45,892 nt of DNA from Nitrospinota bacterium (GTDB taxonomy: Bacteria > Nitrospinota > Nitrospinia > Nitrospinales > VA-1): positions 1-45,892 of the forward strand of contig JAYNIA010000016.1 in assembly GCA_038108555.1 (NCBI GenBank). The letters run 5' to 3'. This document shows positions 34,760 through 43,302 of the stretch, piece by piece. Positions within the stretch are counted from its first letter, which is position 1; each line of letters starts with the position of its first letter. Under the pieces are notes generated by a model. It was given only the letters and a program-made list of their open reading frames with translations, was not told where the DNA came from and searched no databases. The translations under genes and the position numbers were made by a program.

Positions 34760-35641
34760 ATGACAGAATCCACAAAACTAAAATACATTGATAATGGCGA
34801 TGAAACCGTGTCAGATACCAGGCACGGTATCATGTGGATGAAAAACGACACCTGGCTGGAATTGGGCCGGTTGATCACCTGGCACGAAAGCCTGGAGCTT
34901 GCCAAAAAAAAGAACGAGGAAAAATTTGCGGGCTATAGCAACTGGCGGATTCCCTCTGCATCGGAAGCTAAATATCTTTTTGATTCTGGATCCAGCAACA
35001 CTGATGTGGAAGGTTGTGAAATCCACATTGACCCTATTTTCCCTTCAGGTTGCGGTTTTTCAACCTGGACGAGTCAGACCCGGGGCGCAAAGGCCGCTAT
35101 GTCTTACGACTTCAGGTCGGATTATGAATACTGGCTGGCAAAGGAGAATGACGGGTTCCCCAGTGCGGTTAGATTAGTAAGGAGTGAAAAGGAGGAAGAG
35201 GAAGACCCGGATTTAGTTCGAATCGAAAAACAAAAGGATGGAACGATCATAGATAACAAAACCGGCCTTCAATGGAAAGCCGATGATTCTTATATGGATC
35301 TGGATAAATGGGTGACTTGGGAAGAGGCAAAAACCTATGTAGTCGAACTAAATCGCAGAAGATTTGCAGGTTTTGAAGACTGGAGACTGCCTACTCGGAA
35401 AGAAGCTCAATCCATTTATGACGCAGCGAACCCTGTGACAGATAATTATGGGGATACAATTTTTCTGATTAAAGGATTTCCTGCAGGAGCAGGGCAAACA
35501 TCGTGGACAAAAACCCTGCACAAAACAGAAAGGGGCATGGCAATTCGATTTCATTTTTATAATGGCGATTATAAATGGCATCAAATGGGGTTAAGAAGTC
35601 ATGGGGTTCGAGCGGTCCGTACGCTTAAAAAGGATGCCTGA
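34760..35641 (+). CDS. Tandem two-domain DUF1566/Lcl protein
   Basis: Two copies (DNGDETVSD...WRIP...VRLVR and DGTIID...WRLP...VRAVR) joined by an EKEEEEDPD linker; ATG 34760 preferred over ORF-track 34703. Confidence 0.92.
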   Translation: MTESTKLKYIDNGDETVSDTRHGIMWMKNDTWLELGRLITWHESLELAKKKNEEKFAGYSNWRIPSASEAKYLFDSGSSNTDVEGCEIHIDPIFPSGCGFSTWTSQTRGAKAAMSYDFRSDYEYWLAKENDGFPSAVRLVRSEKEEEEDPDLVRIEKQKDGTIIDNKTGLQWKADDSYMDLDKWVTWEEAKTYVVELNRRRFAGFEDWRLPTRKEAQSIYDAANPVTDNYGDTIFLIKGFPAGAGQTSWTKTLHKTERGMAIRFHFYNGDYKWHQMGLRSHGVRAVRTLKKDA

Positions 35642-35649
35642 ATAATTTT

Positions 35650-36105
35650 ATGAGTGAAGACAACAAACCCCAGACGCGTTTCGTGGAAGGGGATAGCGAT
35701 ACGATAATCGATTGTGCCAAGCGACTGGTTTGGTTAAAGCAGGATACCTGGCAAATCACGGGTAAGTGGATGGGCCAGTTGCAGGTCAAGGAATTTGCCG
35801 AAACTTTAAATAGAAAACGGTTTGCAGGGTTTTCAAACTGGAGACTGCCTACGGCAAACGAGGCGAAAAGTCTTTTCAACAAGAACTGGAAGAACTCGGA
35901 TAATTCCGGCAAAGAGATGTATTTGTCAGATATTTTCGATTCCGGGAGTTGTTTTTTATGTTGGACCAGTGATGTCAGGCACAAAGTGCAAGGAGTTCGC
36001 TTTAGTTATCGAAAAGGGGTAACGATGTATGATGATATTTATCGTACATCAAGAGGATCTTCGCGACTGGTTCGGGATATTGAGGATAATGAGGATTTGA
36101 TCTAA
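35650..36105 (+). CDS. DUF1566/Lcl-domain protein
   Basis: TIID..RLVW, FAGFSNWRLPT, CWTS and SRLVR. Confidence 0.9.
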   Translation: MSEDNKPQTRFVEGDSDTIIDCAKRLVWLKQDTWQITGKWMGQLQVKEFAETLNRKRFAGFSNWRLPTANEAKSLFNKNWKNSDNSGKEMYLSDIFDSGSCFLCWTSDVRHKVQGVRFSYRKGVTMYDDIYRTSRGSSRLVRDIEDNEDLI

Positions 36106-36123
36106 AAAGGATTGTATTGGGAA

Positions 36124-36609
36124 ATGGAAAAAAGATTTATCGACAATGGCGATGGAACGGTCACCGACCTGGAAACAAAATTAATGTGGAAACAGACGGA
36201 CTCTTTTCAGGATACAAGCCAATGGTCGAATTGGTTCAAGGCTAATGATTATGTTCGCGACCTGGGAATTAAAAAGTTTGCAGGATATACGGATTGGAGG
36301 ATGCCAACTTTGGATGAAGCGGAAAGCCTCCACGATGAAAATCATAGTATCAAGGATACGGATAGAATGGATATTTTCATCAGTGATGCTTTTTCTCCAG
36401 GAGGGGGATTTACGACATGGACATCGAATGAGATGCCACATGCCACCGCCGCAATATTCTATTATAGATATGGCCATGCCAATTCAAATCATAAAGAAGA
36501 TATCACAAAGGATGCTGTGCGGGCGGTTCGGGATGTAGAGAAGAAGGATGTGGAACGCGGAGTGTTTAAAAAGTATCCCGGTTTTTCCGATTCCCCGCTT
36601 CCTCGCTAA
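36124..36609 (+). CDS. DUF1566/Lcl-domain protein
   Basis: RFIDNGDGTVTD..LMW, FAGYTDWRMPT, TWTS and VRAVR; ATG at 36124. Confidence 0.92.
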   Translation: MEKRFIDNGDGTVTDLETKLMWKQTDSFQDTSQWSNWFKANDYVRDLGIKKFAGYTDWRMPTLDEAESLHDENHSIKDTDRMDIFISDAFSPGGGFTTWTSNEMPHATAAIFYYRYGHANSNHKEDITKDAVRAVRDVEKKDVERGVFKKYPGFSDSPLPR

Positions 36610-36653
36610 TAAAGGGATATTAAAAAATTTTCTTGATTAATTATTGAAGGGAA

Positions 36654-37496
36654 ATTGTCATCGAAAGCTACAGAGAAATAAATAAGCAGGAAAGTGAAAA
36701 TTCGGTACTGACTTACCGATTCGAGGAAGAGGACTATAAAAATAACTATGTCCTGGAGGACTATTACCACACCAGTCCCTTTTTCGACTACAATTATGTG
36801 GTCTTATACCTGCGGGATATGGACAATCCGGGGAATTCGTTTGCCTTCCAGGTTAACTTTAATAAAACATTCAATACGATTCCAGATCATCCGAAATTGA
36901 CGGACGTTCAGACTCAGATTGCAAAAGGTTTTGCAAAAAATGCAGCGGATGAATTGATCCTGCTTTTTAAACAACGGGCTATTGAAGCAAAAGCGTATGG
37001 TGAAAAAAATCCAGCGACGTATCTGGAATTTGAACCCGGTCGTTATTTTAATTTCATTGAATTAATTCCGCGAAATAATGAAATGTTGGACTTTAAACAT
37101 GGGTCCGATCAATATTTTGCCGAAGATTCCTATGACATTGACCCTCGAAATGACAATAGATGCTTGAAATTGTCCTTCTTTAAATTCCAATTGGACAATT
37201 CCGACCAGGCACCTATTTTTTCTACCACTTATTATTTCGATGAAAAATTGAGAGAGCAGGAGGATGCAAAGCTCACTCCAAAAAATAACGAAATGCTGAT
37301 TGCGTTGAACCAGTTTATACCGGATCTAAACGATCGGCTGAAAAAGAGATATAAAATTGCAAAAAAAATTGGAAACGATCTTCTGGAAAAACAGGAACCT
37401 GTAGAAGTAAAACATGAAAAGATAAAACCAAACGACCCCTGTCCATGCGGGTCGGGTAAGAAATATAAAAAGTGTTGTGCAATGATGGTGAATTGA
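36654..37496 (+). CDS. SEC-C metal-binding motif protein (start uncertain, 36654-36798)
   Basis: C-terminal [17 protein letters not shown]; frame open upstream to the TGA at 36645. Confidence 0.82.
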   Translation: MVIESYREINKQESENSVLTYRFEEEDYKNNYVLEDYYHTSPFFDYNYVVLYLRDMDNPGNSFAFQVNFNKTFNTIPDHPKLTDVQTQIAKGFAKNAADELILLFKQRAIEAKAYGEKNPATYLEFEPGRYFNFIELIPRNNEMLDFKHGSDQYFAEDSYDIDPRNDNRCLKLSFFKFQLDNSDQAPIFSTTYYFDEKLREQEDAKLTPKNNEMLIALNQFIPDLNDRLKKRYKIAKKIGNDLLEKQEPVEVKHEKIKPNDPCPCGSGKKYKKCCAMMVN

Positions 37497-37544
37497 TTTT
37501 CTAATAAACAATTGAGACCTGGTCTCATTTTCCGGAATTAAATA

Positions 37545-38117
37545 ATGGCAAAAGAGAGAAAAGTAAAAAAAGTTCAAGCCCGGCATATTCTTGTAGGCTC
37601 TAAGGAGCTTGCAGAAGAATTAAAAGTGAAAATAGATGAAGGGGCAGAATTTACCAAACTGGCTGAAGAACATAGTGAGTGCCCGTCCAAAAAACGGGGT
37701 GGAGATTTGGGTTGGTTTGGTAAAGGGGCTATGGTGCGTCCTTTTGAGGTGGCCGCCTTTACCGCTCAGGAGGGAGAGGTTGTTGGTCCTGTCCATACGG
37801 AGTTTGGTTGGCATTTGATCTATGTTTATGAAATCCAGGAAGATGTCGATGCGGATGCAGGACCTCCCACCGGAGACGAGGATGCGGATGAGGGTACCTT
37901 GCGTCTGGTAGCAGAAAATTATGCGCATGAATTTATGATGCTGGGTTACACCAGTAAAAAAGTGTTGAGTCTTTTTACCAGCCCTCATTTCAAATCAGCA
38001 AACACGGTTTACAATATCCTTGGAGAAGAAGTCATTAACGAAATCATTGCCCAGGTTTTTGGACAGAAGGTTGAAAAGTCTGAAGGCGAGGGGTCGGGAG
38101 AGGAAACCGCGAAATAG
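37545..38117 (+). CDS. Parvulin (PpiC-type) PPIase fused to an additional C-terminal domain
   Basis: ARHILV, HSECPS, GGDLGWF, MVRPFE and TEFGWHLI, then an acidic linker and a ~60-aa helical domain. Confidence 0.92.
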   Translation: MAKERKVKKVQARHILVGSKELAEELKVKIDEGAEFTKLAEEHSECPSKKRGGDLGWFGKGAMVRPFEVAAFTAQEGEVVGPVHTEFGWHLIYVYEIQEDVDADAGPPTGDEDADEGTLRLVAENYAHEFMMLGYTSKKVLSLFTSPHFKSANTVYNILGEEVINEIIAQVFGQKVEKSEGEGSGEETAK

Positions 38118-38133
38118 AATTTTTTGAAGGAAT

Positions 38134-38173
38134 AAAAAAAAGCGTGGCTCCCAAAGGGAGACCACGCTTTTTT
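38134..38173. terminator. Bidirectional rho-independent terminator
   Basis: A8-gcgtgg-ctccc-aaa-gggag-a-ccacgc-T6 between convergent genes. Confidence 0.9.
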
Positions 38174-38184
38174 ATTGCTCATTA

Positions 38185-39765
38185 TTAAAGGGTGACACTT
38201 TGAACGTTTATGATATTGGCGGTATTTCGGAGCTCTCGCAAAGCTTCTGTGGTCGGCGGTATATCGATGTTGATAATTGCCACAGCTTTGCCGCCATCTT
38301 CCACTCTTCCCAGATGGAAACCTGCTATATTCAAATTGTGCTTGCCGAGAATATTTCCCAGGTTGCCGATGACGCCGGGAACATCCATATTGTTCAGCAC
38401 CAGCATATTTTTTGAAAGAACGGCTTCCAGGCTGTATTCCTCAAACTGCACAATTCGAGAATCTCCTTTTCCGAAAATACTGCCGATCACTCGATGGGTT
38501 CCTTTTTCTGTGGTCACTTGAACCTGAATGGTGCTGGTGTACTCATGCACTTCATTACTTTTTGATTCTTGTACCTCAACTCCTCTTTCTTTGGCGATGA
38601 AGGGAGCGTTGACCATGTTCACACCATCGATGGATTTGTTCAGGAGTCCTTTTATTATTGCGATTGTAATGGGTTCTACGGTCAGGCCAGCAACCTCTCC
38701 ATTGTAGGAGATTTCGATTCGTGTAAGAGCCTCTTCCGTTACCTGGGATAAGAAACCGCCCAAATCTTCTCCCAATACCAAGTAAGGTTTGATTTTTGCC
38801 AGGGTGTCCGCATCAATGGATGGAACGTTGACAGAATTTCGAATGTTTCCATATTTAAGGTAATCGATAATCTGGTCACAAATAGCGATCGCAACTTTTT
38901 CCTGGGCCTCTCCAGTAGATGCTCCCAGATGCGGGGTACAAGTGATTTCATCCACCTGAAGCAATGGGCTGTCCAAAGCCAAAGGTTCTTTGGAATAAAC
39001 GTCGAGAGCGGCCTGTGCCACTTTCTTTTCTTTGATAGCTTCGATCAAAGCGTCATCATCGATCAAACTTCCACGAGCACAGTTTACGATTCTTATCCCC
39101 GGTTTCATGATGTCAAACTCTGCTTTGCCCAAAAGGGCCTTGCCATCTGCGAGCCCAGGAGTGTGAAGGGAAAGGAAATCAGATCTTGCGAGCAGGTCAT
39201 TCAACTCTACCAGTTCCACACCTGCTTTTTCCGCTCTTTCCTGTGAGATGTATGGATCATGAACGATTATCTTCATTTGAAAGGCTCGTGCGCGGTCAGC
39301 GACCACAGATCCGATGCGGCCAAAACCAATGATACCCAGAGTTTTTTCGAAAAGTTCAACACCCATAAACTCTTTAGGAGCCCATTTTTCATTTTTAAGT
39401 TTCCAGCTTGCCCGGGGAATGTTGCGCGACATGGAAAGCAGCAGGGCCATGGAATGTTCTGCGGTTGTGATTAAATTTCCTTCCGGGGCATTCATGACAA
39501 TGACGCCTTTTTGACCGGCAGCATCCAGATCAATATTGTCAACCCCGATACCGGCTCTTCCAATAACCTTAAGGTTTTTGGCTGCTTCAATTATTTCTGC
39601 AACTACTTTGGTAGCACTTCGAACAATCAGCCCATCATATTCAGGAATGATTTCGATAAGTTCTTCCTTGGACAGTCCGGTCTTAACATCGACATCAATT
39701 CCGGACTCTTTTTTTAGAATTTCAACTCCTGTTGCGGAGAGGTTGTCTGAAACCAAAACTTTCAT
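38185..39765 (-). CDS. serA: D-3-phosphoglycerate dehydrogenase (type I, ASB+ACT)
   Basis: IGRAGIGVDNID, GFGRIG, NCARG and TPHLGAST.EAQ; C-terminal ACT (DVPGVIG). Confidence 0.97.
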   Translation of the reverse strand: MKVLVSDNLSATGVEILKKESGIDVDVKTGLSKEELIEIIPEYDGLIVRSATKVVAEIIEAAKNLKVIGRAGIGVDNIDLDAAGQKGVIVMNAPEGNLITTAEHSMALLLSMSRNIPRASWKLKNEKWAPKEFMGVELFEKTLGIIGFGRIGSVVADRARAFQMKIIVHDPYISQERAEKAGVELVELNDLLARSDFLSLHTPGLADGKALLGKAEFDIMKPGIRIVNCARGSLIDDDALIEAIKEKKVAQAALDVYSKEPLALDSPLLQVDEITCTPHLGASTGEAQEKVAIAICDQIIDYLKYGNIRNSVNVPSIDADTLAKIKPYLVLGEDLGGFLSQVTEEALTRIEISYNGEVAGLTVEPITIAIIKGLLNKSIDGVNMVNAPFIAKERGVEVQESKSNEVHEYTSTIQVQVTTEKGTHRVIGSIFGKGDSRIVQFEEYSLEAVLSKNMLVLNNMDVPGVIGNLGNILGKHNLNIAGFHLGRVEDGGKAVAIINIDIPPTTEALRELRNTANIINVQSVTL

Positions 39766-39841
39766 TATCAAACTCCAATATTAATATGCTTAACCACCTT
39801 GGCCCAGGTGGCAATGTTAGCCAAAGATTAAAAGATAACTC

Positions 39842-40924
39842 TTAGGCCTTACGCTTTTCAAAATCATCCATATAATTAATCAGGGCATCTACCCCGGCTT
39901 CAGGCATGGCATTATAGATACTCGCCCGCATTCCACCCACAGAACGATGCCCTTTAAGGGTGGTCAACCCGGCCTCCTCGGCACCTGCTAAAAATTCTTT
40001 GTCCAGGTCGGCATTTGCCAGAACAAAGGGTATATTCATCCAAGACCGCGAAGCTTTTTCCACGGGATTGCTATAGAAGCTCGAATTGTCAATCGCGGCA
40101 TACAATTTATTGGCCTTGTTTTCGTTCAACTTTTCCATTGCGGAAAGTCCACCTTGCTCTTTCACCCATTTGAAGACCAGGCCGGCTAAATAGAGAGTGT
40201 ATGTCGGAGGCGTGTTCAACATGGAGTCCGCTTCCGCTTGTTTCGCGTAATCGAAAACACTCGGAGTGATGGGTAACGAATCCCCAATGAGATCATCGCG
40301 AACAATGACTAATGTTACTCCGGCCGGTCCAATATTTTTTTGCGCACCCGCATAAATCAGACCAAAACGGCTCACATCGATGGGACGGGATAAAATCGTT
40401 GAGGAAAAATCGCCAACCAGTGGCACATCTCCGGAATCCGGAATCCAATGAAATTCTACACCGCCTATGGTTTCGTTTGGAGTGTAGTGCACATAAGCCG
40501 CATCTGAGCTCAAAGACCAACTCTCAAAGGGTGGAATTGTGGTGAAATTATCCGCTTCCGATGAGGCCGCCACGTTCACCTCACAATATTTTTTTGCTTC
40601 ACTAATGGCTTTCTTCCCCCAGGCACCCGTCCAAATATAATCTGCTTTTGTTTTACCGCGAAGCAGATTCATGGGGATGGTTGCAAATTGAGTCGTCGCA
40701 CCCCCCTGTAGAAACAGGACCTTATAATTCTCGGGTACATCAAACAATTCACGGACATCTTTTTCCGCCTCGGCGTGAACAGAAACAAATTCTTTGCCTC
40801 TGTGACTCATTTCCATGATCGAAGCCCCGGCACCATGCCAATCCAGCATTTCTTCCTGCGCCTGCTTTAACACGGACTCTGGTAACATGGCTGGGCCCGC
40901 ACTGAAATTAAATTTTCTGGGCAT
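39842..40924 (-). CDS. serC: Phosphoserine aminotransferase
   Basis: FNFSAGPA, EMSHR, AGAQKNIGPAG, NTPPT and GHRSVGGMRASIYNA. Confidence 0.98.
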   Translation of the reverse strand: MPRKFNFSAGPAMLPESVLKQAQEEMLDWHGAGASIMEMSHRGKEFVSVHAEAEKDVRELFDVPENYKVLFLQGGATTQFATIPMNLLRGKTKADYIWTGAWGKKAISEAKKYCEVNVAASSEADNFTTIPPFESWSLSSDAAYVHYTPNETIGGVEFHWIPDSGDVPLVGDFSSTILSRPIDVSRFGLIYAGAQKNIGPAGVTLVIVRDDLIGDSLPITPSVFDYAKQAEADSMLNTPPTYTLYLAGLVFKWVKEQGGLSAMEKLNENKANKLYAAIDNSSFYSNPVEKASRSWMNIPFVLANADLDKEFLAGAEEAGLTTLKGHRSVGGMRASIYNAMPEAGVDALINYMDDFEKRKA

Positions 40925-41248
40925 TACTAACTATCTCCTATTTTGGTCATGAGAGACAAAAACTCTCTATGGCTTATTCAATCTTCAAATTTAATATAAA
41001 TTTTCCCTTAGGTCTCAAAGAGACATAGCGCCATTTAAATCCAGTCTGGGGGAAAAAGAGGGTTGGGGGTATTATGGATTACTGGGCTTTTGAAGAAAAA
41101 AACCCAAACTCACCCCGATCGATGTTCGACCATGAAGCACCTTTTATAATAGAAAATGGCTTTAAAATCCAATCTTTTTTAAGAAAATAGCCTTTGTGGG
41201 AGGTGCGCAAACCCTAATTTTTGGCGGGAGAATCCAAAACGGTAAAAT

Positions 41249-42391
41249 TTAGGATTGGGGTTTTTCTTCCTCAGAATCGTCCGGCGATTCCAACTCCAGT
41301 CCCAGGTCTTCAATCTCTATTTCAGGGACTTCGTTGTTGGATGTGGAAAGTGGACCCTCAGAATCGTCAATTTCCAGGTTGAGATCAATTTCTTCCAATT
41401 GGCTGGCAAGTTCAGAGGGATCAGGATCGTTTGAAGGCGGAGGTTCATACCCCAGATCCAGTTTGATTTCATTATCCCCTAAATCCAGTTCGGGGCTTTC
41501 CCCTTCAGAAGGTGATGGTTCTGCGTCATTTATCTCCAGCATTGGCTCATCAATGGTCAATGCTGGCTCCTCCGATGGGTCGGAAATTTCCAGAACGGGT
41601 TCGTCTTCAGATTGGGCCGTTTCCGGCTCGGTTATTTCCAACATTGGCTCATCGATGGTTAATGCTGGCCCTCCCGCCAGATCGGGAATTTCCAAAACAG
41701 GTTCCTCCTCCGACAGGGTAGGTTCGGTGATTTCCAGCGTTGGTTCGTCGATGGTAAGCGCTGGCTCTTCTGCTGGATCGGGAATTTCCAGAACATCTTC
41801 GTCTTCTGAGGCGATCGGCTCTGGCTCGGTTATTTCTAAAGCAGGTTCCTCAATGGAAAGTGTGGGCTCTTCCGGGTCGGTGATCTCAAGCACAGGTTCC
41901 AATGAAGGAGATTCGCCTGATTCATCTAGGATTATGGCCTCTTCAGAAGTTTCTTCCACCGGTTCGGTGGATTTGGCTTCCTCAGTGACTTGAAAAGGTT
42001 CCAGCCCCAAACCTTCAACCTCAACCTCTCCCAAGTCAATATCTGCATTTGGGTCAAACTCCAACGGTTCAAATTCTGAAACCTCCTGATCCGTTGGAAT
42101 TTGGGCTTCTTCAATTTCCCCTTCCTGGATCTCGGGAAGGTCTAAATTGAAGTCCCCGGTTTCCGGGTCGATGAAGGATTCCGGCTCTTCCTTTTCAAGT
42201 ACGGCTACATTTTCGGGACTATTTTCCTCCAAAGCCTCCTCTTTTTTCACTTCAGGTGGACCCCCGAAGATGTAAAAAGACTCCTTTCCCGTCAGTGCTG
42301 GCAGGTTTTTAGCCTTTTTGAACTTAAAACCACAGGCTCCGCAGGTTTTGGAGATTTTGAAGGAAATATAACCGCATTCAGGACATTGCAT
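41249..42391 (-). CDS. Zinc-ribbon protein with an extremely acidic, Pro-rich repetitive tail
   Basis: MQCPECG...CGACG; the remainder is E/D/P-rich with EPxLEI repeats; ATG at 42391. Confidence 0.82.
   Translation of the reverse strand: MQCPECGYISFKISKTCGACGFKFKKAKNLPALTGKESFYIFGGPPEVKKEEALEENSPENVAVLEKEEPESFIDPETGDFNLDLPEIQEGEIEEAQIPTDQEVSEFEPLEFDPNADIDLGEVEVEGLGLEPFQVTEEAKSTEPVEETSEEAIILDESGESPSLEPVLEITDPEEPTLSIEEPALEITEPEPIASEDEDVLEIPDPAEEPALTIDEPTLEITEPTLSEEEPVLEIPDLAGGPALTIDEPMLEITEPETAQSEDEPVLEISDPSEEPALTIDEPMLEINDAEPSPSEGESPELDLGDNEIKLDLGYEPPPSNDPDPSELASQLEEIDLNLEIDDSEGPLSTSNNEVPEIEIEDLGLELESPDDSEEEKPQS
41500..41899 (-). repeat. About 4 intragenic tandem repeats of ~32-34 codons
   Basis: Units like EPVLEIPDPAEEPALTIDEPTLEITEPxxSEE; recurring ctcatc(a/g)atggt and gaaatttcca at DNA level. 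Confidence 0.8.
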
Positions 42392-42509
42392 GTAAAAAAA
42401 ATATCCCAAAAATGGCGTAACGTCAAGAAAAATAAATAATTATGGGATTCGGATACTTCTGTGCCAGCCCGGAAAAGCCATAAAAAATGGGTAAATAGAG
42501 GTCCTTAGG

Positions 42510-42538
42510 TTGACGATGAGGGTGGATTTGGTTAGAAT
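42510..42538 (+). promoter_or_regulatory. Putative sigma70 promoter
   Basis: TTGACG-17nt-TAGAAT. Confidence 0.65.
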
Positions 42539-42624
42539 CAAGAAATCCAATTAGTTAATTTAAGGAACGGCCTACAGGGCCAGACTGTTTTCAGCGGTCC
42601 TGTTTCTTGGGGGGGAGATTTAGG

Positions 42625-43251
42625 GTGAAAAAAATCAGCCATTTATTTAATCTCTTGTGCTTTAAATTGGGCGAAACCATCTTCCCCATCTTTGAGCCCT
42701 TGCTGAAACTCGCTGAAAATAAAAACCCTGAGGTTCGAAGGCATTTCAATCAAGCCATTGCCAGCCTGAATAATAGAAAACAGACCATCGCTCTTCTCAA
42801 TCTGAACATGGTTCTGAGCCTGAAGCCCAACCATTTTCTCGCGCGCGTCTTCCGGGGCAGAATATATGTCCAGGAAGGACAATACCGCCTGGCATCTGAA
42901 GATTATCTGGAAGCTAACCGCATCAGCCAGTACCGATTCATCCATTACGACCTGTACCGCGAATATTTGAAGTCGGTAAATAACGAGTTTGGCAGTCAGG
43001 GGGGACCGATCCTGGAAAAATTTGATGATGTCTTTGAGTCCATGAATCTGATTTCAGGGGGACCGGATTGGGAACCCGAGGCCGGCCAGGAAATTCAGGA
43101 AAATCTCTCTCTCATCGAAACCGATGAAACTTACCAAATGCAGGAATTGACTCCCGAAGAAAAAGAAAAATTTGATATATTAGGCCCCATATCCCAACAG
43201 GAAATCGAAGAAACTGATTGGGATTCGTTTATGGATGAACTTGATTCCTAG
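42625..43251 (+). CDS. TPR-containing protein with acidic C-terminus
   Basis: VLSLKPNHFLARVFRGRIYVQEGQYRLASEDYLEA (TPR); GGAG before GTG 42625. Confidence 0.75.
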   Translation: MKKISHLFNLLCFKLGETIFPIFEPLLKLAENKNPEVRRHFNQAIASLNNRKQTIALLNLNMVLSLKPNHFLARVFRGRIYVQEGQYRLASEDYLEANRISQYRFIHYDLYREYLKSVNNEFGSQGGPILEKFDDVFESMNLISGGPDWEPEAGQEIQENLSLIETDETYQMQELTPEEKEKFDILGPISQQEIEETDWDSFMDELDS

Positions 43252-43302
43252 TTGGAATCCAAACTCATCCCCTTCCTGTTTTAAATTTTTAGCGGATACC
43301 AA

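Noticed and set aside
29183..36609. Diversity-generating retroelement acting on the DUF1566 genes
   Set aside because: There is no reverse transcriptase or avd, and I saw no near-identical TR/VR pair differing at adenines. A remote DGR elsewhere in the genome cannot be excluded.
41500..41899. CRISPR array
   Set aside because: The repeats are degenerate, in-frame and coding, with no unique spacers or cas genes.
41334..41993. 219-aa Ser-rich plus-strand ORF
   Set aside because: Antisense shadow of the Glu/Pro-rich repeat gene.
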